Part shown: one piece after another, positions 26,257-38,450 of the stretch
How positions within the stretch are numbered: the stretch's first letter is position 1
How the letters are laid out: every line of letters begins with the position of its first letter
Source of the DNA: Squalus acanthias
Lineage: Eukaryota
NCBI GenBank assembly: GCA_030390025.1
Contig: CM059431.1
Location: 141,858,001 to 141,922,000 of the forward strand
Direction: 5' to 3'
DNA: 64,000 nucleotides
Position numbers and translations under genes: made by a program
The notes under the pieces: model-generated
What the model was told of the DNA's origin: nothing
Database searches by the model: none
Seen by the model: the letters and a program-made list of their open reading frames with translations, nothing else

Positions 26257-28719
26257 AGCTTCGGTTGGGACATTAGAATTCCGTTCTAGCTCGTGTTCCA
26301 GCTTAGACTGGGGTTCTCTCTGCTAACCGCTGCATAAGGATTGTTCTTGTAAAAACTCACAGGTACGCGACTCTATTTGGGGCACTTTGTAACATTTAAC
26401 CAACATGGACCGTGTGTTTCCGCAGTTCTTTGGCCGAGTGTCTCCTCCCTAACAAGGTCATTCCCCCTTAATATGAAAAATGTCAATGATGAAGTGAAAT
26501 TTAATAGGGAAATATAACAGTTGATCAACGGGTTTAATATCTGATTCTGCGAGGACTGTAATTTAATTCTGCCATATATTGACCGGATCAGTCAGCAGTT
26601 TTAGGGAAAGATTTAGTCGTTTACAACTCCCTTTCCCTTACTTTTTTCTCGCAGGTTTGGTTAAAATGTTGCTTGGACTGATTGTAGCTGCAAGGGCCGC
26701 TTCACCCCTTCTCCTGGGAATAAGGAGCGGTGCCGCTGTCCCCTTCACAGTGTCGCGATGTTTCACCACTTTTTGAATGTTTACTGGAGTTGCCTCGTTT
26801 TACTTTTTTTTCTGACGTCTTTATTAATGAGAAATAGTTGAAGGCTGCCCAGCAACATTAAATAAAGTTGTTACTTGCTGTTACTAAATGTATCATGGTG
26901 AATCTGCGTGTTATTAACGTGAATCAGCCAACCTGTAACCTGGTAACACAGTGCAAGAAATACGAATTTATAATCGGGGCATTTCAGGCAAGGGTCAGTA
27001 ATCAGGACTCTCAGATATTTACATGGAATAATCCGCTGTGTGTGTTGGTGCACAGACAGTGCCCTGTAGTACCCCGTCCCTTTTACCAACTGGTGTTGAA
27101 CGGGTACCCCCAGTGCAAGGCGGTGTATTCGGAGCGCCGTCCGGCATCACTGGGGACCTGGGTTTGAGAGCGTTTCTCGGTGTAACGGCTTCAGATGAGG
27201 ATTCGAACCAATTAACTAGCATTTTGTCCGCCCGCTAATTTCAGTGGCTCGGTTGAAACTTTTTTCCAATTTATTCTGCAGTATATGTGATGCAGGTTGG
27301 AAGATGTCGAGGAAAGCTGTTCCTCGAACTGGGTAAATCCACTGTTCACACTGCAGGATGTGTAAGAAAGTCAGAGGACTGTCTCTAACTGCTTACGCTG
27401 TTCTATTCAGTATCCCGGGTTACACATATAAACAGGCAGCGCTGTGTCAGCTCGATCTTTACACTTCTTCAGCGATTGATGCGCGCCGCAGATATTAATG
27501 GTTCTGGTGGTTTATATTAATTTTAAAATGATTGGCTTGCATGCATTTTCTTTTCCCCAGTCGGATTGTATTTTTATCGCGGTGCCTTCCATCCACTGCA
27601 TGCCTCTAGTTATCAGTCCATTTGGGATTAGTGGAATCTGAATATTCTGAAATTAAGGTCATTTTCAATTTCGGCCTGGGCGGAAATCTGGCTGGAGCGA
27701 ACTGTCCGCCAGTCATACACCTCGACCGAATTTCCTTTTTCATTGTCTATAATGAAAAAGAGAATTGGGTGGATGTAAAATACGCTGCTGCCAATCGACA
27801 AAATTCACTGAAGCAAAGGAAACTACAGTCAAATCACGGAATTATTGACGTGTATCTTATTTCTGAATAGTAATTGATAAAATACCGACACTTTTGAAAA
27901 CGCCAGCAATTGTTTCTAGACTCTTTACTGTCAGAGTCAGTTTGGCAGTGCCAGTATTTGGATTGTGGGTCAGTTTTTAGTTCTTGTCGATGAAACCTAG
28001 TCTCTCATAAATTCTTAGACTCAGTAACAGATTTAAATGTTATTAAAATTGTATTGCATATTCGGATCGAAAGACAGACTTAACAATTTGTGGTGTAACT
28101 CACGCGAAGTTCTCCATCGCATATCGACATATCGGAACACGATGATCGCGTTGGATGTGTTTGTATAACAGTGCAGAGTGTTCTGTGGTTGTGGACAGTT
28201 AGTGGAGGATTACAGAGCTCCATCCAGAGGCTGACGGCCGTCCTTAACATCGGAATCTGTCTCTTGTTCCACTCAATGCCAGAAGAATGTAAAGGAATCT
28301 TTACCACAGCCGGAATGAAATGCATCTTGATTTATATTAATGTTAAGAAAATCAATGCCCAGAGTTGATGTCCACAAGTCTAATGATCCCGAAAAACAGT
28401 AGGCATAAATATTAGTGATTTATTTATTATCCTTGAACTGAAAAAGTATAATAAAGCTGCTGAGCAAACAAACTGCATGGAGTGAAAGATGCAGGAGCTC
28501 CTGAATATAATTGGTGACACCTCACAGAATCGCTTGAGCGTGGCACCCATTGGCTGTTAGTGACAGAAGTGTGACGAACCAGATTCACTTTTGAAGCACT
28601 CGGTACGTCATCAGGAGCCCCTTACTCCAGAATGTGGCACTTTTCACGATGGGCTGCAGGAAGTGAGGTTACAGTCTGATTGTCTTAGAACAGGAAATGC
28701 TGTCGCCATCAGTGCTGCC

Positions 28720-29390
28720 AGGGTAGTGGTGCATCGCAAATATTGCACCCCGTTCAAATAAGGGGAGAGGGATAATCTGGCAACTCAGGCCAGTCAACCT
28801 AACGTCGTGCAGAAACATTTAGAGACAATAATCCGACAGAAACGTAATTGGCACTTGGAAAATGTGGGTTAATCAATGAAAGCCAGCACGGATATTTTAA
28901 TGGGGAATCATGTTTTACTAAGTTGATCGAGTCCTTTCATGAAGTAACTGAGAGGATTGTTGAAGATAGTGCAGTTGATGCTGTGTATATGGACTTTCAA
29001 AAGGCGTTTGCCAAAGTACAACATGTAAGACCTGGTAGCAAAATTGAAGCCAAAATTGAATTCAAAATTGATAACAGAAAAAAAGGATGCTTAAGATAAT
29101 TGTTTGGTAAATAATTCAGTGGAGCACCAAGCTGAATACAAATTAGGCAGGGTTTTGATAAAGTAAATTCGACGAAATTGATTCCAGGAGCAGTTTGCTC
29201 GGGAACCAGAGGATATAGATTTAAGATAATTGGTACAAAAACCAGCGGGGACATGAGGTAAAAATAAATGAAAAAAATAGGTAGCAGAGGAGTGGGACTA
29301 ATTGGTTATCTATTTCAAAGAGCCGGCACAGGCATAATGGGCCAAATGGCCTCATTCTGTACTGTATAATTCTAGGATTATATGGTTCTG
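28720..29390 (+). mobile_element. Old CR1 fragments with internal deletions
   Basis: SQHGYFNGESCFTKLIE...VDAVYMDFQKAFAKV and a CR1 tail at about 29280-29390. Confidence 0.75.
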
Positions 29391-29923
29391 TGATCCCCGT
29401 GCCATTGTTGGTTGCGAGTTCCAGTGTAGAGTGTAAATTTAACAAATGCTGCACTAAGAAAGCGGAGAGACTGATTGTGGGATGCGGACGTGGGATCTTG
29501 GAGTAACTTTGGGAGATGTGGGCTCAGAGTGAGGAGCTCAGACAGCAGAGACAGACACAAATTCACGTGAACCCTCCGCGAGCCCTAATTCGCACTAACA
29601 TTTAAGTAAGGGTGAAAGGGCTTTTAATTTCGTTTAAGATAAATTGGAGTCAATCAGAAAACTATAAAAAATATTTTATTATTGGTAGTTGTCCAACTGA
29701 AGCGCATCATGCACTATATCCAATCATTCCAATACATAAGTAAAGGTAATAAATTCATAATAAACATTTAAAATTGGAATTGAAACTAAACATTAGGGGT
29801 TTCTCAGCAATTATCTGTGAGAAATGCCTCCTGTAGTTTCACCCCAACCTCGCATCTCTTTCTGGAGCCGCATCCTTATATTTTGCTAAATTTTTAAAAT
29901 CATGATAATCAGCCAAGCACAGG

Positions 29924-29988
29924 TCTCCCATAATGCACCAGTTCTGTTTAAGTCTCTGTCACGGGAGGACTACAAGTCCCAGAATGCA
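29924..29988 (+). promoter_or_regulatory. Two ZNF143/Staf-type binding motifs
   Basis: TCTCCCATAATGCACC (29924-29939) and GACTACAAGTCCCAGAATGCA (29968-29988) match the SBS and extended ACTACAnnTCCCA motifs; motif match only. Confidence 0.45.
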
Positions 29989-30904
29989 GCAGAGTCGCAG
30001 TGCATCTCAACCTGTTGCAACTGGGTTGCCAGCTTTTCATTTGTTAAAGTAGGGACAGGCACCACAGACTATCCCATTAACAACTGGGAGGTTGACTTGG
30101 ATAAATCGGCAACTTAACAAAAAAAGGTTAAACAATAAAGTTCCTATTATTGCCTCCTAAACTCCAGTAAATGTAGTGACAGGTGTACACCATTTATAGG
30201 TGTACTTTTTGATAATCCTCCCTTCCTTCAAGGTAATTTTCTTGCTTTCTCCGTTGTATATCTTGACTGTTAAACTCCTCAGTTCGAAATTCATCAGTTT
30301 ACCTTTGCCTGTGTTATGCAGCACATGGATTTTGCAGTTTGTTTACAGAAGCTTATGTTTGGCATGTGAGAAACTTACGATAATATAGTTGTCAACTTCA
30401 GAGCCAGCAAAATAGGTTCGTGCCGAATGTTCCTCTTGGTAATTCAATATATAACATACAGAATACAGTATCCCAGTGAGCTGAAATGTTCTGCCCGGCG
30501 CCCCTTCTTACTCCTAATTTCACATTTTGAACTTATGGATCTTAATGATTGAACTCCTTGCTACAGTGAGGAATTTGGGTATATTGTGCATACTCCTCGT
30601 TACATTAAAACTGACATTAGATCACCTGGGGGGGTTTCCTCTTTTCTAAAGATAGAAAGTAGGATTTTCTATAATTTCTTCCAAACAGGAATTGTGAATC
30701 CCTTTAATCTCTGGTACAGAGCTGTGTGACCTATAAAGTGCAGAAATATACTTTCCATGATTAGCTTATCAGAACTGCTCACACAGTACGAATGAAAGAA
30801 CTCAACTCTTCTTGTGACAACAATAATAGATTTAATTGGAACTCTATTCCTATGATAATCATGGGGCCATTCTCTAACAAAGGGGAGATCGGGAACTAGC
30901 AGAT

Positions 30905-32460
30905 TATGGGAACCCGTGAGACTGGGAACTGGCAGAGTGCGGTTACCCATGGGACTGGGATCTGGCAGAGTGCGGGAACCCGTGGTACTGTAAACTGTCA
31001 GAGTGCGGGAACCCATGGGATTGGAAACTGGCAGAGTGCGGGAACCCGTAGGAATGTATACTGGCAGAGTGCGGGATCCCGTGGGACTGGGATCTGGCAG
31101 AGTGTGGGAACCCGTGAGACTGGGTTCAGGCAGAGTGTGGGATTCCGTGGGACTGGAAACTGGCAGAGTGCGGGAACCCTTGGGACTGGGATCTGGCTGA
31201 GTGTGGGAACCCGTGTCACTGGGATCCGGCAGAGGGTGGGAACCCGTGGGACTGGGATCTGGTAGAGTGTGGGAACCGGTGGAACTGGGATCTGGCAGAG
31301 TGCGGGAACCTGTGGGACTGGGATCTGGCAGAGTGTGGAAACTCGTGCGATTGGAAACTGGCAGAGTGCGGGAACCCGTGGGACTGGGAACTGGCAGAGT
31401 GCGGGAACCCGTAGGACTGGGATCTGGCAGAGTGCGGGAACCCTTGGGACTAGGATCTGGCAGAGTGTGGGAACCCGTGGGACTGGGATCTGGCAGGGTG
31501 CGGGAACCTGTGGGACTGGGATCTGGCAGAATGTGGGAACCCGTAGGACTGGGATCTGGCAGAGTGCGGGAACCCTTGGGACTAGGATCTGGCAGAGTGC
31601 AGGAACCCTTGGGACTAGGATCTGGCAGAGCGCGGGTACCCGTTGGACTGGGATCTGGTAGAGTGAGAGAACCCTTGGGATGGAATCTGGCAGAGTGTGG
31701 GAACCCATGGGACTGGAAACTGGCAGAGTGCAGGAATCCGTGGGATGGGAACTGGCAGAGTGCGGGGACCCGTGGGCCTGGGATCGGGCAGAGTGCGGGA
31801 ATACGTGGGACTGGAAACTGGCAGAGTGCGGGAATCCGTGGGACTGGGATCTAGTAGAGTGCGGGAACCCGTGGAACTGGAAACTGGCAGAGTGTGGGAA
31901 CCCGTGGGATTGGAAACTGACAGAGTGCGGGAACCCGTGGGATTGGAAACTGGCAGAGTGCGGGAACCCGTGGGATAGAATCTGGCAGTGTGCGGGAACC
32001 TTTGGGACTGGGATCCGGCATAGTGAGGGAACCCGTGGGACTGGGATCTGGCAGAGCGCGGGAACCCGTGGGACTGGGATCTGGCAGAGTGTGGGAAACC
32101 GTGGGACTGGGATCTGGTAGAGTGCGGGAACCCGTGGGACTGGGATCTACCAGAGTGTCGGAACCCGTGGAACTGGGATCTGTCATAGTGTGGGAACCCG
32201 TGGGACTGGGATCTGGCATAGTGTGGGAACCCGTGGGACTGGGATCTGGCATAGTGTGGGAACCCGTGGGACTGGGATCTGGCAGAGTGTGGGTACCAGT
32301 GGGACTGGGATCTGGCAGAGTGTGGGAACCCGTGGGATGGAATCTGGCAGAGTGCGGGAACCCGTGGGATGGAATCTGGCAGAGTGTGGGAACCCGTGGG
32401 ACTGGGATCTGGCAGAGTGTGTGAACCCCTGGGACTGGGATCTGGCAGAGTGTGGGGATC
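30905..32460. repeat. 33-bp G-rich minisatellite (GGGAACCCGTGGGACTGGGATCTGGCAGAGTGC)n, about 47 units
   Basis: 11-aa periodic ORFs in several frames on both strands; the tandem unit is directly visible. Confidence 0.95.
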
Positions 32461-33134
32461 CGACAGAAAGAAAGGGGACCAGGTGAGCGGGGCGAAGATG
32501 AGAAGGAGTGCGGGAAGAGTCGAACAATTCCATAGAAGGAGAGAGCTCCACTATGAATTAATAAAATATCAATCATATATTTTTTCAACCGATGAGTCAA
32601 ATGTAATGAAAAGGGATTCGATTAAATCGGTAAAGGAAGAGATTGGATCCTTTCCAAAGGGGAATTTGTTAACATATTTAAAATGTGATTCTTATTTGTT
32701 GATTGTACGAAAAAAAATTAAGAATAATCTTCTTAAATTGTTGATTATACGAAAAAAAATAAGATTAAACTGCTAAACTGAGCAAGGAAGAGATCAAGGC
32801 AAGACTGGTGGTACCCGGATGTAAGGTCTCGGGCGGGCCCTCGCCCACAGCGGGTGAAAGACCTGAAACTGCCGACATGGCGAGAAGCTGGGATAGTTCT
32901 CCATAGAGCAGAGAATGTTCAGGGGAGATTTAACAGAGATGTGCAAAATTATAAGGGGTTTAGGGTAAATAAGGAGAGATTGTTTCCACTGGCAGGAGGG
33001 TCAGTAATCAGAGGACGCGTATTTAAGGCAATTAGATAATGATCCAGGGAGGAGTTGAGGAGTTTTTTTTTCTACGTAGCGAACTGTTATAATCCAGAAT
33101 GCATTGTCTGAAAGGGTCATGGAAGCGAATTCAA

Positions 33135-33590
33135 TAATAAAAAATAAATATTACATGTTTACATCTCCTTTAAAGATCCAAGACATCCTAAAGTGCTTTA
33201 CAGCCAATGAGGTACTTTAGAAGTGTAGACACTGTTGTCATGTAGGAAGCGAGACACCAAATTGTACACAGCCAGGTCTCACCAATAACCATGAGATGAT
33301 GACCAGGGATGTTGGTTGAGGGATGAATCTTGTCCCGGACTCTGTGCAGACCTCCCCTGCTCTTCTTTCAAATAGTGCTGTGGGATCTTTTACGTCCTCC
33401 TGACAGGGCAGTCGGGGACTAGGTTTAACGTCCCATCTGAAAGACGGCACCTCTGACAGTGCAGTATTCTCTCAGTACTGCATTGGAATGTCAACCTAGA
33501 TTTTGTGTGCAAGCCTCTGGAGCGGGACTTAAACCCATTGCCACCTGATTCAGAGGCGAGAGTGCGACCACAGAGCCACTGTTGACACCC
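33135..33590 (-). mobile_element. tRNA-derived Deu-domain SINE (SacSINE1/AmnSINE-like) inserted in a CR1 tail
   Basis: Reverse complement starts GGGTGTCAACAGTGGCTCTGTGG (A box) and GGGTTTAAGTCCC (B box-like), with core GAGGTGCCGTCTTTCAGATGGGACGTTAAACC...GTAAAAGATCCCACAGCACTATTTG; CR1 tail pieces on both sides (about 32890-33130 and 33595-33765). Confidence 0.75.
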
Positions 33591-33804
33591 TTATACCAAT
33601 AGCAACTTTAAAAGAGAACCGGATATTTACCTTAAAAGGCAAGGTTTGCTGGGCTTTGGGGAAAAAGCAGGGTTGTTGGAATAATTGGATACCCATTTCA
33701 AAGAGCCGGGAGAGGCACGATAGGCTACATGGTCTCCTTATGTGCTTTCTGATTCTATGATTCTGTGCCGCTTGCGTTATCCGCCCATTAATGTCAATGG
33801 AATT

Positions 33805-35615
33805 AAACTAATGAAGGAGCAGGGGGGGGGGGGCGGGAGAGTTCAGGAAAGAGTACATTTAAAAGCAGTGAAATGTCAAGGCACTAGAGCAGAGTAGAGT
33901 TTTGTGTAAAAATAAACAGAGTGCGTCAGGAAGGGACAGAGAGAGTAACAAAGGTAATAAGGCATCAGTGACTAAGGTGACTGCAGGGAAAAAGGGAAAT
34001 AAGTCCAAGATAAAGGCATTATATCTAAATGCGTGAAGCATTCGCAACAAAATAGATCGATTAATAGCGCAGATAGAAGTTAAAAGGTTTAATCTAATAG
34101 CCATAACGGAGACGTGGTTGCAAAGTGGCCACGGTTGGGAAATAAACATTCCAGGATACATCAATTTAGAAGGGAGAGGCAAAATGAAAAAGGAGGAGTG
34201 GTAGCCCTGATAATAAAGCATGGGATGCAGACATTAGAGAGAAAGGGTCTTAGCTCTGAAAATAAAGAACGAGAATTAGTTTGGGTGGAGCTAAGAAACA
34301 GTAAGGTGCAGAAAACATTGGTGGGAGTTGTTTATAGGTCCCCAAACATTAGTTGTAATGTAAGGCAGATTATAAATCAGGAAATTGGAGGCGAATCTAG
34401 CAAGGGTAATACAGTAATGATGGGGGACTTTAATCTACATATGGACTGCGCAAACCAAATGTGCAGTAATAGCGTGAAGGACGAAATCATGGAATGTATG
34501 TAAGATAGTTTTCTAGATCAGTATGTTGAGGAACCAACCAGGGAACAGGAACTTAGATCTAGTATTGTGCAACGAGAAAGGGTTAAATGATAACCCCGTA
34601 GTAAAGGGGCACTTAGGAAAGAGTGACCATATTATTGTAGAATTTTATATTGAGTTTGAAAGTGACTTATTTAAATCCGAAACTAGGGTCTTCAATCTAT
34701 ACAAAGCAAACTACTGAGGTATGAGGGAGGAGTTGGCTAATGTAAATTGGGAAAATACATTCAAAGGTATGACAGTGGACGAGCAATGGCTACCATTTAA
34801 AGAATTAATACATAATTTACAACAAATATACATTCCATTAAGGCACAAAAACTCCACATGAAAAGTGGTCCAACCGTGGTTAACAAGATAAGTTAAATAT
34901 AGTATTAGGTCAAAGGAAGAGGCTTTTAATGCTGCCAAAAAGTGTAGTAAGCCTGAGGATTGGGAGGATTTAAGAATTCAGCAAAAGAGGACTAAGACAT
35001 TTAAGAATCAAGATGTAAACCTGCAATTATATAGGGCCCTGGTGAGACCACACCTGGAGTACTGTGTACAGTTTTGGTCTCCTTACCTAAGGAAGGATAT
35101 ATTTGCCATAGAGGGAGAGCAACGAAGGTTCACCAGACTGGTTCCTGGGATGGGGGGATTGTTCTATGAGGACAGATTGAGTAGACTCGGCCTATATTCT
35201 CTAGAGTTTAGAAGAATGAGAGGTGATCTCATTGAAATATACAAAATTCTTACAGGGCTTGACAGGTTAGATGCAGGGAGGATGTTTCCCCTGGCTGGGG
35301 AGTATAGAACCAGGGGTCACAGTCTCAGAATAAAGGGTCGGCCATTTAGGACTGAGATGAGGAGAAATGTCTTCACTCAGAGGGTGGTGAATCTTTGGAA
35401 TTCTAGACCCAGATGAATGTGAAGGCTCAGTCGTTGAGTATATTTAAGACAGAGATCGATAGATTTTTGAATATTAAGGGAATCAAGGGAGATGGAGATA
35501 GTTCAGGAAAGTGGAGATGAGGTTAAAGATCAGCCATGATCTTATTGAATGGCGAAGCAGGCTCCAAGGGCTAAATGGCCTACTTCTGCTCCTATTTTTT
35601 ATGTTCTATTGTTTT
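33805..35615 (+). mobile_element. CR1 LINE ORF2 with a large internal deletion (APE joined to C-terminus) and 3' tail
   Basis: ITETWL, VGVVYRSP, MGDFN and LGKSDH, then a jump near 35000 to RPHLEYCVQFWSPYLRKD. Confidence 0.88.
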
Positions 35616-37485
35616 TAGGATTGGAAGCTAACGAAGCCCTTCCATAATTATCTGATAATCCGCCCGCTGTCCGTGTGAGATTCCGGCCATGGTGCAGGTC
35701 TGGAATGTCCCAGCGCTGGAGTACACAAGCGGAAAGTAGTTAAGACAGTGTTAGTGAGTGTGGAATTAAAATGTATTTATCCATTTAAAAGAAAATAGGA
35801 GACACCGTGGGTAGAAGTCATAATGCAGGGAGCAATATTAAGGATTTAATTAAAAGCTTTATAATTATCCAAAAATCTGGCAGGTAGATAGTAAGGAGTA
35901 ACCAAGACTGTTTGGTAAATATTCGAAATAGAACACAAGTGAATCATTGAAGGAGTGCTTGTATGAGCGACAGAGAACAACGGGATTTGAAATATAGTTA
36001 CAGTGTTCAACCACATAAAATGGGAATCTGGAATCCAGGGACCCAGATACCTCGAGATAAAGGAATGGGGACTGACAGGAGTGACGGTTTACTGACACTG
36101 TTGCAAGTTTCCACAATTAGAGAAGATTCCTGAGGATCCGACAGCAGCTGAAATAATCCCAGTGTTTAAAATAAGGCCAGGGGAGATCCAATGGCTGAGC
36201 ACCTGGGAGAGGAGCAATGTAAAAGGGAATTATATTGGTTTAAGAGACGATGTTTTATCTTTAACTGACCTGCTGGAGTTTCTGAAACACAACACTGGCC
36301 TGTAGGACAGGGGAAATGCAGCTGCAATGACCCAGCCTGATTTTAACGAAGCAGCGGACAAGGTTCGACATCTACAAACGGTGAGGAATTATGGGATGGG
36401 TGGGAGCTCTGGCTCTGCACAGACAGCTCATTACAAAATGAAAGTAGGTTATCGACAAATGGGAATCTGTAAGGGACAGGTGACTATTGAACCTCTGGGA
36501 TCTTCCTTGGTATCAGTTTATTTATAATATTTTGTTCAATAGAAGCTCAACGGAGATGAGTGTATCTTAAAAAATGAAAATAATGCCAACAGAGATAAAA
36601 CTATAAAACCATAGAAATTAACTGGGCGGGAGTAATTAATTTGATCCATTCAATCTTTACTGGGTTATTTGAGACAACAATGAAAAACTATCGGCACTCT
36701 CCTCCTCTCTCTCCACAGACAATTATTTTCTTGTTTTCAAATATTCTCCTAACTTTCCCTTAACTATTCCGTGAGGTAAAACGTTATGTGCTCCAGCACC
36801 TTTTGCATAAATAAGTTTCTTCTAACCTCTCTGCTCATTCCCATTGTGACCATTTTAAGTCGGACACCCTTTATTGCTGTCTCCCCAACTAGATGGAATA
36901 ATCTCTCCCTCTTTATTCTGACGAAACTGTTGATAATTTGTAGAATCTCTATTGAATCTCATTTTAGCTTGCGCTGTTCCAGTGCAAATAGTCCCAATAT
37001 CTTGCCCCTCATCACCAGTATAGTTCTGATCCAGGCACCAACCTGATGCATCAACAATGCCCGTTCTCAGTGGATTTAATGGCCTTTACACAATGAGGGG
37101 CCGAAGCTGTACCTGTTGTTCTAACGGAGGCCTGAACAACATTTTGTAAAGATTCATCATCACTTGTTTAATCTTGTGATCAATGTCCCTGTCTATGAAT
37201 CAGTAATTCCTGTTGGTTTTCTCAGGAACTTTCTAGGAATTGAATATTTGGATCCCTATCGCTCCATCCACACCCTTCAGCTCCTTCCCATTGAGATTCT
37301 GCTCCCATTCCTTGGCATTTCTCCCACAATCAGGCGAGATCACCGATGGACAAGTTGTAACTGATTCAAAGTTTCTGGTATTTTTAAATTATTATTTTGA
37401 ACAATGTGTAACCGCATAATAAGACAGTAATGACCAAAGATTATTTCTGACCGTCTGCAAATGTTCATCCAAACACAGAATACTG

Positions 37486-37632
37486 TGGCTCTTCCCAGTT
37501 CTGATGAAATGTCATCGACCTGAAACGTTAACTCTCTTTCTCTTTCCACGGATGCTGCCTGGCCTGCTGAGTTTTTCCAGCGTTTTCTGTTGTTATTTCG
37601 GATTTCCAGCATCCGCAGTATTTTGCTATCGT
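37486..37632 (+). mobile_element. 147-bp non-coding Penelope-terminus-derived insertion carrying a hammerhead motif (37497-37533)
   Basis: Same terminal sequence as the two Penelope copies; AGTT-CTGATGA-A-ATGTC-ATC-GACCT-GAAA-CG-TT-AACT; 11-bp target-site duplication ACAGAATACTG (37475-37485 and 37633-37643). Confidence 0.8.
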
Positions 37633-38450
37633 ACAGAATACTGAATATTAGTTGTATTTTATCTGAATTTTTGGCAGTGTTTTTAACAGATCACTTGCAA
37701 CAATTGTAATAATGAATAACTTTATGAAAAGTAATTCCTTTTACATTCCTTTAGACCTTTGTTTGGGAGACTGATTGAGACTGAATATCAATAATATTAC
37801 TCATGATACTTTTATCGACAGCACAAAACAAGCGCAGACTCCATCTTTGTGCTGAGTGAGAGACACCAGTCAGCGCACAATCAAGATTTTAAGTCTGTAT
37901 TTGGGACAAAAGAGGTGAAAGGTCACATCTCTGAGCCGGGTTCCGGCTGTTTCCTCCATTCGAACACTGATCACGTGACAAGAGCCGTTTGTCAATGAGG
38001 AATGGAGTCCGATAGAGAGACCCGCGCCTACAATATTCAAACCAAACTTCCAGGAGAGTTACCAATATCGGCGATCGCAAGAACTTTGATTGTTTTGGCA
38101 CCGAATGAATCTTTATTGATGATTTAAAAGTGCCGCGCCAGATCCCAGTATCTGCAGTGTAAGGTGGATTCCTCTGTTCCTCACATGTCCGCTGCTGAAC
38201 CGCATCATTGTTATCGTTGATCCCTGAATTTAAATGTGCTCAATTTGCAGGAATAGGTTATGTTTAGTCAAAGAAAGAAGCATGCAAAATTAGACACCGA
38301 AGACATCAAACACATGCTGCAAAATGGAAGAAATGTTCACAGAAGAAATCTCCCATGTCTTCCATTATTAGAAAGAATGACGTTCTACGGTGAAAAAGGA
38401 GTTGACATTGAGCTTTAGTTAAGAGGAAGCTTTCGTTTGACTGAATCTTT

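Noticed and set aside
26868..27238. Short ORFs and a TALHW ankyrin-like word on the minus strand
   Set aside because: The rest of the ankyrin consensus is absent and the frame contains stops.
30669..32776. Many overlapping ORFs with 11-aa repeats
   Set aside because: Artefact of a 33-bp unit that lacks stops in most frames on both strands.
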